Source: an uncultured bacterium (lineage in GTDB: Bacteria > Cyanobacteriota > Cyanobacteriia > Cyanobacteriales > JASJDA01). Taken from it: DNA of 64,000 bases. The DNA lies in the NCBI GenBank assembly GCA_964458305.1, contig CAYWIH010000005.1, positions 1,591-65,590 of the forward strand, written 5' to 3'. Position 1 is the first letter of the stretch; every line of letters begins with the position of its first letter. Under the pieces are notes generated by a model. It did not search any database, had not been told where the DNA came from, and saw nothing but the letters and a program-made list of their open reading frames with translations. Made by a program: the position numbers and the translations under genes. Below, piece after piece: positions 11,134 to 20,951 of this stretch.

Positions 11134-11502
11134 TTATTTGTAAGCTAGCGATTGGTTGATAGTTTCTAATAATTGGTTTTCATCTATAGGTTTAGTTATA
11201 TAAGCATTTGCACCGCTCATATCTCCCCAAGATCGATCGAGATCTGTATTTTTTGAAGAACAAATTACGACCGGAATGAATTTTGTACTCGGATCTTCTT
11301 TAAGCTGACGACACAATTCAAAACCACTTTGTCCGGGTAAAATTACATCCAATACGATTAAATCTGGTTTGTTTTGTTGTATCCTAATTAGTGCTTCTTC
11401 AGCACTTTTAGCCGTAACTACAGTTAATCCTTCTTTTTCCAGACAGGTTTTAATTTTTTCTCTTTGTTCCAGACTATCTTCAACTACAAATACTTGACTC
11501 AT
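11134..11502 (-). CDS. Single-domain CheY-like response regulator (PixH/TaxY class)
   Basis: 122 aa with receiver motifs: VFVVEDS, DLIVLDVILPG and ITKP. Confidence 0.85.
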   Translation of the reverse strand: MSQVFVVEDSLEQREKIKTCLEKEGLTVVTAKSAEEALIRIQQNKPDLIVLDVILPGQSGFELCRQLKEDPSTKFIPVVICSSKNTDLDRSWGDMSGANAYITKPIDENQLLETINQSLAYK

Positions 11503-11689
11503 ATTTACCTCTTTAAATTTAAACTAGATTTCTTTAATACCCATTAATGAAAATGATAGGATTTTTTTCTGCCCGATCGCCAAGGGTAATTATCTATTTA
11601 AAGTTTAACCTTTAACACCTTGCTCTGTCCCTGGCAATTTGCTTTAAGCCATTTAAATAAGTTGCTAAGTTTATTGCAACCTTTAAAAC

Positions 11690-12871
11690 TTATTTAACTG
11701 GCAAATGTTTTTTAAGTAACCCTAATACTTCTTCTGGATTTGCTGGTTTAGAAATAAATGCTGTCGCTCCTACAACTTTAGCCCTTACTCGATCGACTAA
11801 GCCATCTTTTCCAGTTAAAATTACGATCGGAACATCTTTGAAATTTGGTATTTTTCTTAGTTGAGCGCAAAGTTCGTAACCGCTCACAACTGGCATCATC
11901 AAATCTAGAAAAATGAAATCGGGGGAGTTTTTAATGATAAAAGGAATTGCTTTGACCGGATCTTGTAAGCTAATAAAACGGTAGGAACTTTCAGAAACTA
12001 TTTTTTCCATATCTTGACAAATTACCGGACTATCGTCGACGCAAAGCACTAAAAAAGAAGGCTTTTCTGGTTCTAAAGGACTAAAAATAGAATCCTCATT
12101 ACTAGAAGAACTAATAGCTTTAAAAGATTCGAGATCTGGTTTTCTATGAGTTGGAAATTCTTGTAAAGAAATAGCACCCGCTTTAAGATCGGGTAGCAAA
12201 TATTTTATTAATTCTGCCAATTCTAAACCTGTTTTAGCAGCTAAGAAACGCAAGCTTTTTGTGCCATCAATTAAAGAAATAAGCTTTGGATTTAATTGTT
12301 GTTGAGCTGCATTTAAATCTTCGATCGCTAAGAAATAACTAGGGTAGTATGAGGACAATCCTGCTGCATTCCATTCTTTCCACTCAGCAAGAGCTTTTTG
12401 ACTTACTAGATCGGTTTTGATTAAAGTTACCAGACTTTCTGGTTTTTCGTTAGCAATGGTTATGTATGATAATCGTTCTTTATTAAGAGCATCCCATTGA
12501 ATCAAATCGAACAAAGTTTCGACAAAAATACTTGTTATTAATTCAGTAATATTCTGTTTGTCTTGTGGGTTTCCTTGACGATATAACTGAGCTAATATTG
12601 TGTAATATTCAGCTTCGTTTTGGTTTAAAATTTCATCTCGTTTTTCATCATTTAAATTAGCTAAAAATGAGTCGATGTGTCGCTGCCATTCTTCTTTAAA
12701 ATAAACAGCTTCGCTAGTTACCCAAATTAAACGACCGAGGCGAAAATATATCTTCCAATTTAAGCCGTTCTCGTTCTCGATCGAGAGGCTTCCAGTAAAG
12801 TTTCGCTTAGCTAATTCTTCTAACTGAATTATGGGCTGGCTCAATTTTGTTTCGTTATTAATTGTTTGCAT
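11690..12871 (-). CDS. PatA-type response regulator (PATAN-like N-terminal domain + receiver; PixG/PilG class)
   Basis: 393 aa. A C-terminal REC (VLCVDDSP..IFLDLMMPVVSG..ISKP) is preceded by a WKIYFRLGRLIWVTS-type N-terminal domain as in PatA-family regulators. Confidence 0.8.
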   Translation of the reverse strand: MQTINNETKLSQPIIQLEELAKRNFTGSLSIENENGLNWKIYFRLGRLIWVTSEAVYFKEEWQRHIDSFLANLNDEKRDEILNQNEAEYYTILAQLYRQGNPQDKQNITELITSIFVETLFDLIQWDALNKERLSYITIANEKPESLVTLIKTDLVSQKALAEWKEWNAAGLSSYYPSYFLAIEDLNAAQQQLNPKLISLIDGTKSLRFLAAKTGLELAELIKYLLPDLKAGAISLQEFPTHRKPDLESFKAISSSSNEDSIFSPLEPEKPSFLVLCVDDSPVICQDMEKIVSESSYRFISLQDPVKAIPFIIKNSPDFIFLDLMMPVVSGYELCAQLRKIPNFKDVPIVILTGKDGLVDRVRAKVVGATAFISKPANPEEVLGLLKKHLPVK

Positions 12872-13215
12872 TTTTTTAATGGCTGGATGCTGATTTTTTT
12901 AAGTTAATATCGAGCGATCTGAATCAATATTTTTTGTCTTGAAGTTCTAGATATATTTTATTGATTGTTTTTATATCGATCGAATTGGTGGGTTAAAAAA
13001 AATACTAGATACTATCTTTCTGGAAATCGAAATCAGCTTAGTACTTATATTTTTAATGTTAATTAAAGTTTTAAAAATTTTATAGGGCAATTTTACGTAA
13101 TATCTAAGTACATTATGCCCAATTGATTAGTAAAATTAATTTCAATTCTAAGGAAAAATACAAATAACTTTTATAAAGTTTTGTAAAGTTTTGTTAGATA
13201 ACATCGGATACTGAC

Positions 13216-13242
13216 AACAAAAAAAGAGCGCGAAAGGCTCTT
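13216..13242 (-). terminator. Rho-independent terminator downstream of cnfR
   Basis: On the minus strand the stem aagagc/gctctt (7-nt loop) is followed by an 8-nt T-run. On the plus strand this reads acaacaaaaaaagagcgcgaaaggctctt. Confidence 0.7.
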
Positions 13243-13270
13243 AAATAGCAATTTTTTTGGCTTAAAACAA

Positions 13271-14920
13271 TCAGACTTTCAGTAATTTCCGTAATAATTC
13301 GCGATCTTCTGGCTTAGCCGATAAACGACCATTTTCTAAATCGCGAATCCAACTTTGACTTTTACCGACTTTTTGAGCTAAACTACGCTGAGAAAATCCT
13401 TGACGCTTTCTAGCTTCTAAAATCTGTTTGGCACTGAGATCTTTGCTTTTTCTAGATCCGAATCTTTGATGTTTTTTGCGCTGCTTCTTGTGGATTAATT
13501 TAGTCAGCTTTTCTTGCCATTCTGTGGGTAAATCGAAACCTAAAAGACGTGCTTTGACGAGCATATTCCATTTACCTGGAGGGCTAGAATCAATTAAAGA
13601 TCGATCGCTTTTGGCATCATTAATCCAAAATTCTACTGCTGCATCGCCATCTTCGGGAATATTGGCTAATTTAGCCCACAAAGGTTGAATTTCTATTTTG
13701 TAGGTAACGGGGTCAAAAATAGGTTTAATCCCGTAATAATTGAGGGTTTCTAAGTCGCTTTCAAAAGTTCGCAACAAACGCTTTCTAAAATCTCGCTGTA
13801 AAGCTGCTCGCTCTATTTTATCGTTACCATAAGCAACTTGCATTAATTTAGAGATTGTAATCGGCTGTTTTGTCCCCATTTTAGTTTTAAATAGCAGCCA
13901 GAGCATCATTCTGGCCGCTCCTTCATGTTGCTGCCAAATTGTGGCGATCGCATTTAAAAGGAATTTAGGCAAAGTGCCGTATTGATAGTAAGCAATTTTG
14001 TCTTTATAGCCTTGTTTGTTTAAAAAGTATTTTGCCCAAATACCTGCTTTGATTCTAAATGTTAGACCAATTAGATGCTTACAACCCAAAGAATCTTCTT
14101 GAAAATGATGTTTTATTTCGAGTAAATTCCAAATACGGCTGTTAGCGAAAGAAAAACCATTGACTTTACCTTGTTGGGGCCAGTCGATCGAGGCGATAAT
14201 TTTGCAAGGTTGTTGAGCGAGATCTTTGATGATGCTTAGTTTAGTTGCTTTACTGAGATCTTTGCGTTTATCTAAACCCAAATATTTTTCGATTTGTCGA
14301 TCGCTGATGACAAATTCTTGTTCCCAAGGTCGTTCTAATGTTGTAGCATAAGCAGCATAGATTAGGTGCAAACAAGCAGCTCTAATATCTATGCTGGCAA
14401 TGGCATATCGAGCTGCTTTTTCTTTTAATGCTTGAGGTACTTCGGATTTAAGTTCGTCAGTAATTTGAAAACTAATGCTTGCTTTTCCTTGTTTTAGAGA
14501 TCTTTGATAATATAAATTTTCTTCGGCATCGGTTTGCCAAGCTAAGGTTTTAGCACTACTTAATAAGTTACTTCCTTCCCAGATTACGATCGAAGAAGCG
14601 AGGGAATTATTTTTACCATTAATAAAAAGATCTTGACTGGTTAAGACATTTTTAGCTGCTTTATAGCGGCCTTTTTTGGGTGTTAAAGGTACGGGGCTGC
14701 CGATCGGACAGCTAACGATACATTGAGGATCTTCGTGGTGGCCTTGGCAATTATTACATAATTCTGTTTCTATTTGATAATGTTGTTCTCGATTGGATGT
14801 TATGGCATTTGTAGGACAGTGAGGTTGACAAATACCACAGCCAAAACAACTATTAGTAATTGTGTAACCTGTTGCAGTCTTTTGTGATTCCATCTCGAGG
14901 GTAGCTTGAGTTTTTGCCAT
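13271..14920 (-). CDS. cnfR: CnfR/PatB-type nif transcriptional activator (2x[4Fe-4S] ferredoxin-like N-terminus + XRE HTH C-terminus)
   Basis: 549 aa. It has CFGCGICQPHCP and CNNCQGHHEDPQCIVSCP motifs at the N-terminus. The C-terminus has an HTH (FSQRSLAQKVGKSQSWIRDLENG). This architecture matches PatB/CnfR of Anabaena and Leptolyngbya. Confidence 0.8.
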   Translation of the reverse strand: MAKTQATLEMESQKTATGYTITNSCFGCGICQPHCPTNAITSNREQHYQIETELCNNCQGHHEDPQCIVSCPIGSPVPLTPKKGRYKAAKNVLTSQDLFINGKNNSLASSIVIWEGSNLLSSAKTLAWQTDAEENLYYQRSLKQGKASISFQITDELKSEVPQALKEKAARYAIASIDIRAACLHLIYAAYATTLERPWEQEFVISDRQIEKYLGLDKRKDLSKATKLSIIKDLAQQPCKIIASIDWPQQGKVNGFSFANSRIWNLLEIKHHFQEDSLGCKHLIGLTFRIKAGIWAKYFLNKQGYKDKIAYYQYGTLPKFLLNAIATIWQQHEGAARMMLWLLFKTKMGTKQPITISKLMQVAYGNDKIERAALQRDFRKRLLRTFESDLETLNYYGIKPIFDPVTYKIEIQPLWAKLANIPEDGDAAVEFWINDAKSDRSLIDSSPPGKWNMLVKARLLGFDLPTEWQEKLTKLIHKKQRKKHQRFGSRKSKDLSAKQILEARKRQGFSQRSLAQKVGKSQSWIRDLENGRLSAKPEDRELLRKLLKV

Positions 14921-15161
14921 TTCTTTTTTATTGTCGCTCGGTTTTGTAACTTTTTGTTTAAAACTTTGCTCGTAATTTTTTGACCTATTTTCTTGTTGTT
15001 GTCAATTAAATTTATCACGCTGGGAAGGTGATTTTTGTTCTCTTCGATCGGTTTCATTATTGTTTAATTTTTCCAAGGATAATAAACATATTCAAACTTA
15101 CTTTAAAAAAAAGCTACAAACAGAAAAAATATTGTTTGCAGCTCGCTCGATGCAATTGGTT

Positions 15162-15662
15162 TTAGTATTCTTCGTCACCTGGATTATTAAGAATGTCGAG
15201 CATTGTTTTTGCACCGAATTCATTGAGAGAATCAATTTGGTTAACGCGACTTAAAATTTGATAAGCGCGATCGAATTGTTTCAATTTAGTCAGAACAAAA
15301 CCGCTTGCCGTGTATGCATTGAGATAGAGTCGAATATGAGGATTATCTCGATCGCTAATTAGGATCGCTTTGAGGTTTTCCCAATCGGAAGGTAAATTTT
15401 GTAAAGTGCTAATGCGATCGACAATTATTTCGGCGGCTTGAAGTGCTTTAGTAAAGTTTTGTTTGTAAAAAAAATAGCGATAAGCTGCGATCGCTACGTT
15501 TAAAGATTCTGGGGCTGCTTTTAAGGCGGCTTGGATATATTTTTCCGATTCGGGGGTATTTTCCCAGTTAAGTATCGCTAAATCGAGTAATTCCTTTATC
15601 TCTTCAGAAGTGTCAAAATAAGACTCTACTCGGGCGCGATCGTCTGCAATCAATTCTTTCAT
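15162..15662 (-). CDS. Hypothetical helical (TPR-like?) protein between coxC and cnfR
   Basis: 166-aa ORF with an ATG start and no recognisable catalytic motif. Amphipathic helix-repeat-like composition is the only support. Confidence 0.4.
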   Translation of the reverse strand: MKELIADDRARVESYFDTSEEIKELLDLAILNWENTPESEKYIQAALKAAPESLNVAIAAYRYFFYKQNFTKALQAAEIIVDRISTLQNLPSDWENLKAILISDRDNPHIRLYLNAYTASGFVLTKLKQFDRAYQILSRVNQIDSLNEFGAKTMLDILNNPGDEEY

Positions 15663-15717
15663 CTTCAGCCGCTAGTGAACCACAAACAACTAATAGCAGA
15701 TCGAAGATACCCCAAAT

Positions 15718-15746
15718 AAAAAAATACACCAAATCTTTGAGATTTG
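15718..15746 (-). terminator. Putative terminator after coxC
   Basis: On the minus strand the stem caaatc/gatttg (5-nt loop) is followed by ggtgta and T7. The stem is AT-rich and therefore weak. Confidence 0.4.
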
Positions 15747-15774
15747 ATGTAAATATTCGGAAATAATCGCTCAA

Positions 15775-16404
15775 TTAAAACTGAGTTAGAACGTAAATTA
15801 GCGCAAACAGAATAATCCAGATAATATCGACAAAGTGCCAGTAGATTTCTGCCATTTCTACGCCAGTATGCTTGGTGTTGCTATAGTGACCTTGACGACG
15901 CGATCGCCAAATTACTCCTAAAATCAGACAGACTCCAATTGTGACGTGCAAGCCGTGAAACCCAGTCATGACATAAAAACAGTTAGAAAAGATGTTTTCT
16001 GTCAAACCATAACCGAGACTCATGTATTCATAGACTTGACCGCCAAGGAAGACGATCCCCATTAATGCAGTGACGGCGTACCAGAGGCGTAATTTGCCGA
16101 TATCATTTTTCTTAACTGCATTATCGCCGAGATGAATCACAAAACTTGAAGAAACTAAGATGATGGTGTTGATGGTCGGTAATAATAGCTCCACTTCCGT
16201 TCCTTCGGGGGGCCATTCAGCAGCACCACCCCGGTACAATAAGTAAGCTGCAAACAGACCGCCAAACATCAAAGATTCTGAAACCAAGAAGGTTAGCAAT
16301 CCTAAAACGCGATAATCGGGATGTTCGGAATGATGGTGTTCGTGAGCTACTTCTGCTGCATGATGGACGACTCGATCGGTGCTTTCGATTGGTTGAGATT
16401 GCAT
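15775..16404 (-). CDS. ctaE: Cytochrome c oxidase subunit III
   Basis: 209 aa, polytopic, with typical CoxC motifs (FHGLHVTIG, HFVDIIWI). Confidence 0.92.
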   Translation of the reverse strand: MQSQPIESTDRVVHHAAEVAHEHHHSEHPDYRVLGLLTFLVSESLMFGGLFAAYLLYRGGAAEWPPEGTEVELLLPTINTIILVSSSFVIHLGDNAVKKNDIGKLRLWYAVTALMGIVFLGGQVYEYMSLGYGLTENIFSNCFYVMTGFHGLHVTIGVCLILGVIWRSRRQGHYSNTKHTGVEMAEIYWHFVDIIWIILFALIYVLTQF

Positions 16405-16437
16405 AGTTTTAGTGCTTTTCCTTTATTTGCTTGTTAT

Positions 16438-18123
16438 CTATTCGCTTTTTTGTTTGCTAACTACCATAGTTGCCGGATCGACTGTTACAGTACCGTAGTC
16501 GTAGGGGCCGTGAGTGACGATCGGATCTTCATCGAAGTTTTCGATCGCTGGTGGGGAGGTAGTTTGCCATTCTAAAGTCAAAGCACCCCAAGGATTTTCT
16601 GGCGCGTCTTCACCGCCAACCCAACTCCAAATAACATTAACTACGAAAGGAAGCAGGGATAAACCTAAAATCATGCTGCCGTAAGTCACCAACTGGTTGA
16701 GGCTGGCAAATTGAGGATCGTATAATGCTACTCTTCTGGGCATTCCTTGCAATCCTAAAATGTGCATCGGGAAGAATGTTAAGTTAGTACCGATGAAGGT
16801 GAGGAAAAAGTGAGCTCGGCCCAATCTTTCATCGAGCATTTTTCCGGTGATTTTCGGAAACCAGTGGTAAATTCCGGCATAAATTCCAAATACCGATCCG
16901 CCAAAGAGTACGTAATGGAAGTGACCGACGACATAGTAACTATCGTGAACGTGAAGGTCAAAAGGTGCGTTACCTAAAGTTACGCCGCCAATACCGCCAA
17001 CTACGAACATTAATAACAAGCCGACGGCAAATAGCATTGCAGAAGTGTAGCGAATTTTACCGCCCCACATCGTACCTACCCAACTGAAGATTTTAACTCC
17101 TGTCGGCACTGCTACGAGTAAGGTGGTGATGGTAAAGAACATCCGCATCCAGCCTGGCGTACCGCTAGTGAACATATGGTGTACCCAAACGATCAAACCG
17201 ACGGCACAAATTGCCATACTGGAGTAGACGATCGCCATGTAACCGAAAATTGGTTTGCGGGAGTGAACCGGAACTACTTCGGACATGATACCGAAGATCG
17301 GCAGAATCATGAGATATACTGCGGGGTGAGAGTAGAACCAGAATAAGTGCTGATAAACTACTACGTCGCCGCCCATTTCCGGTCTGAAGAAGCCAGTACC
17401 GAAGTTGATATCGAATAGAAGTAAGATTAAGCCTGCTGCTAATACTGGGGTGGAAACTAATGCTAGTAAGGATGTAGCTAAAATTGCCCAGCAGAATAGA
17501 GGTAATTGAGTCCACTTCATTGTCGGAACTTTAAGCTTCCAAGTGGTGATGACGAAGTTTAAAGAACCTAAAATTGAGGATGTTCCTACGCAAACAATAC
17601 TTAAAATCCAGAGACTTTGGGCTGTATTTGCGGTAATGATACTTAAAGGTGGATATGCAGTCCAACCTGTTTGCGATCCGCCAAAGAAGAAACTGGCGAT
17701 TAAAAATGCTCCGGCTAAGGGGTTGAGCCAGAAAGCGATCGCGTTTAAGTTGGGAAATGCCATATCTTTAGCACCGACCATCAGGGGAACTAAGAAGTTA
17801 CCAAAACCCCCGATCGCGGAAGGAACGATCCAATAAAAGATCATGATCGTCCCGTGATTGGTCATGAAGGCGTTATATACTTCGGGACTGAGAAAGTCTA
17901 CATTTGGGGTAAACAGTTCGATCCGAACCGCCATCGCCATCAAACCGCCGATTAAATAGAAGAAAAAGGCTGTAACGATGTATTGAATGCCGATTACTTT
18001 ATGGTCGGTGTTGTACCAAAAATAATGGTACCATTCCCATTTTTCTGGATGAGAGTGAGCGGCGGCGTGAGTATTTTCTACGCTACCCGCTACTGTTATT
18101 TGTGATGGTTTGGTTTGTGTCAT
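16438..18123 (-). CDS. ctaD: Cytochrome c oxidase subunit I
   Basis: 561 aa with heme-copper oxidase signatures (WFYSHPAVY, VWVHHMFTSG, HFHYVLFGG). Confidence 0.95.
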   Translation of the reverse strand: MTQTKPSQITVAGSVENTHAAAHSHPEKWEWYHYFWYNTDHKVIGIQYIVTAFFFYLIGGLMAMAVRIELFTPNVDFLSPEVYNAFMTNHGTIMIFYWIVPSAIGGFGNFLVPLMVGAKDMAFPNLNAIAFWLNPLAGAFLIASFFFGGSQTGWTAYPPLSIITANTAQSLWILSIVCVGTSSILGSLNFVITTWKLKVPTMKWTQLPLFCWAILATSLLALVSTPVLAAGLILLLFDINFGTGFFRPEMGGDVVVYQHLFWFYSHPAVYLMILPIFGIMSEVVPVHSRKPIFGYMAIVYSSMAICAVGLIVWVHHMFTSGTPGWMRMFFTITTLLVAVPTGVKIFSWVGTMWGGKIRYTSAMLFAVGLLLMFVVGGIGGVTLGNAPFDLHVHDSYYVVGHFHYVLFGGSVFGIYAGIYHWFPKITGKMLDERLGRAHFFLTFIGTNLTFFPMHILGLQGMPRRVALYDPQFASLNQLVTYGSMILGLSLLPFVVNVIWSWVGGEDAPENPWGALTLEWQTTSPPAIENFDEDPIVTHGPYDYGTVTVDPATMVVSKQKSE

Positions 18124-18294
18124 TCGAGGATAGAAAATATTAAAATTTCTTTGTTTTGATTCAAGTTTGTATCTGAGGAGAAGGGGAACAGTTTTTAAAT
18201 CCAGATTCGTTTTTGCTTTGTCAAACTCGTCTCATTTTTGTTGGTTCTGCTCCCTGCTGTCTGCCTCAAAGCCTGGATAGGATTGCTGCAAGGT

Positions 18295-19326
18295 CTATTG
18301 ATATGCCCGTCCGGTCGTCGCACTGGCTACGTGGCGATCGCTTTTGATTTCGATTAATGTATCTTTATCTACTCCTAAATCGGAACTGTAGGGTTCTAAA
18401 AATTCTCGATCGCTCATGTCTCTAGTGCTTGCTGCTACTGTTTCTGTAGCATTTTCTTGTTTTTGAGCCGTAACTCCGTTTTCTGCTAACCAAGCGTCGT
18501 ATTCTTCTGGAGTGTGGACGTAGATTTTCGATCTCATCCCACCGTGATAGCTGCCGCATAGTTCGGCACAGACGATCGGAAATATTCCTGTTTTAGTGGC
18601 TACAAAGCGCATTTGACTTGGTTTGCCGGGCATTACGTCTTGTTTGATGCGGAATTGAGGCACCCAAAAGGCATGAAGTACGTCGGTTGCCACTAATTCT
18701 AGTTGAACTTCTTTGCCTACGGGAACGTGGAGTTCGCCGGACATAATTCCAGTTTCTGGATAGTTAAACAGCCAAGCAAATTGCAGTCCTGTTACTTTAA
18801 CTTTTAGATCTGCTGCGGTATTTTCTCTACCTGGGGCCGCACCTACACCGTATTTGCTGCTTTCGCTATCGGCGATCGCTGGGGCTGTCATTGCTTCTGC
18901 CATTTCCGAATGGCTTTCGTGCGTTCCCCCCATGTGATGTCCGGGTGGTTCTAAACCTCCCATTTCTTTAAATACGTCGGTGCTGTAAATACCTAAAAAG
19001 ATTACGATAATTGCTGGGATAGCCGTCCAAAATATTTCTAAAGGTAAATTACCTTTAATCGGTTCGGCATCGCTGTTATCGCCCTCGCGATGGCGGAATT
19101 TTATTAATGCGTAAATAATCGCTCCATCTGTCAGTAGAAATAAAGCCGTTCCGATCGTGATTAATATATCGAAAAGATTATCTACTAATGGTGCTTGTAG
19201 CGATGCTTGCTCTGGCATCGTCCAGGCTAGGTTTTTTCCCACCCAAAGACTAATTACTGTTACTAGCACTCCAATGGCTAGCGTCCACATTGAGCCGGGA
19301 ATTGTTTCTTTGTGATTGTGCTCCAC
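18295..19326 (-). CDS. ctaC: Cytochrome c oxidase subunit II (CuA type)
   Basis: 343 aa with the CuA motif HAFWVPQ...CAELCGSYHGGM. The annotated start is GTG, and an internal ATG (M13) is possible. Confidence 0.9.
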   Translation of the reverse strand: MEHNHKETIPGSMWTLAIGVLVTVISLWVGKNLAWTMPEQASLQAPLVDNLFDILITIGTALFLLTDGAIIYALIKFRHREGDNSDAEPIKGNLPLEIFWTAIPAIIVIFLGIYSTDVFKEMGGLEPPGHHMGGTHESHSEMAEAMTAPAIADSESSKYGVGAAPGRENTAADLKVKVTGLQFAWLFNYPETGIMSGELHVPVGKEVQLELVATDVLHAFWVPQFRIKQDVMPGKPSQMRFVATKTGIFPIVCAELCGSYHGGMRSKIYVHTPEEYDAWLAENGVTAQKQENATETVAASTRDMSDREFLEPYSSDLGVDKDTLIEIKSDRHVASATTGRAYQ

Positions 19327-20122
19327 GCTTCTCCTCCTTATTTTTTCGTAGCTCGAGCCAAGTTTCGGCTTGAGAAGCTATCTGTATTTAATCTTGTTAC
19401 TAAGACAGGAAGTAGTACGTTATTTTAATAACTTTTTAATTCCTTTGAATCGGAACTTAATTCATCGAAAAAAATTGAGATCTTTTTGCCGTTCTTTTCT
19501 GTTTTGTTCTACTTTCCGAGACAATAAATATCTGTTTTTTGTTATGCTTGCTACCAAATACTGACTCTTTTTTATCTTTAATTGCTCTTTTTAATTATTC
19601 TAGCTCTAGAAACTGTTAATTTTATCGATAAAAGATTAAGTTTTCTAAAAAATTTTCCCACTTTGCCAATTTTTTTAATTTATACTTGGAGCGATAAATT
19701 AGCTTCGAGAGATGCTCGCAATACGATAACCACAATTACTGTCGCAAATTTTTTTATTTAGAAAAAATTAATTTATATTAAAATTTTTTGTATTTTTGCT
19801 TTGGCTCGATAAAAATTGTAAATCAGACTCAGAATAGCTTAAATTTTAATAAAAATAATATTAAATTTTCTTTAAAAATAAATGGCCGTGGTTTAAGAAG
19901 GTCAGAAGTCAGAAATAAAAATCTATGCGGAGATCGATCGCAATTACTAAATAAATTGTTTATCTATCTAGCTAACGCTTGAGGATTGGTATAATAGCAG
20001 CGACGAAAAAAAGACTAAAGAGCGAGTAAAAATCAATTATTCAAAGATTCGTTAATTATTATTCTGACTCGATCGAGTGTAGAAATATTAAAGAGAAACA
20101 GTAAAAGAGCGATCGCGGGCTA

Positions 20123-20878
20123 ATGAAAAGAATTTTGGTTTTTAGTTGTGGATTAGTTAGTTATTTAATTTTTTTAGGGACTTTTTTATATTTAATTGCT
20201 TTTGTGAGTATTCCGGTTGAAATCGTCCCAAAAACATTAGATTCTGAGGCGCAGAGTTCGATCGCGCGATCGTTAATTACGGATATTTTGTTAGTTGGAT
20301 TATTTGCATTGCAGCACAGCGTGATGGCAAGAAAGGAATTTAAACAAAAATGGCAGCAGTATATTCCTAAATATTTAGAAAGAAGTATTTATGTGTTGTT
20401 AGCCTCGATCGCGCTGTGCATCTTATTTTGGCAATGGCAACCTGTCGGCGGTATTGTTTGGAATCTAGAAAATATAACATTAAAATATATCTTTTATACT
20501 TTATCGGCAACGGGCTGGCTGATAGTATTAATCAGTACGTTTTTAATCGACCATTTTGATTTATTTGGAGTGCGACAAGTATATCTTTATTTGCGCCAAC
20601 AGGAATATCGTCCTTTAAAATTCGAAACTAAATGGTTGTATAAATACGTTCGCCATCCTTTGATGCTAGGATTTTTAATTGCTTTTTGGTTTGCGCCAAA
20701 AATGACAATATCCCATTTCATCTTTGCCGTTGCGATGACAATTTATATTTTTGTGGGTATATATTTAGAAGAAAGAGATTTAATTGCAGAACATGGAGAA
20801 AATTATCGCAATTACCAAAATAGAGTAGGTGCAATTTTGCCTTTTTTTTTCGCAGAAGGCAGAAGGGATAATCCTTAA
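20123..20878 (+). CDS. ICMT/PEMT-family integral membrane methyltransferase, MddA-like (candidate methanethiol S-methyltransferase)
   Basis: 251 aa with about 5 TM segments. The motifs IDHFDLFGVRQV and YKYVRHPLMLGFLIAFW...EERDL are typical of this family. The specific substrate is not established. Confidence 0.6.
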   Translation: MKRILVFSCGLVSYLIFLGTFLYLIAFVSIPVEIVPKTLDSEAQSSIARSLITDILLVGLFALQHSVMARKEFKQKWQQYIPKYLERSIYVLLASIALCILFWQWQPVGGIVWNLENITLKYIFYTLSATGWLIVLISTFLIDHFDLFGVRQVYLYLRQQEYRPLKFETKWLYKYVRHPLMLGFLIAFWFAPKMTISHFIFAVAMTIYIFVGIYLEERDLIAEHGENYRNYQNRVGAILPFFFAEGRRDNP

Positions 20879-20951
20879 AATTCAAGCATTTTGTCAATCT
20901 GCAATGTCCTAAGCTTGGTTTTTACTGGGTGAACTAAGTATCTTATTACTT

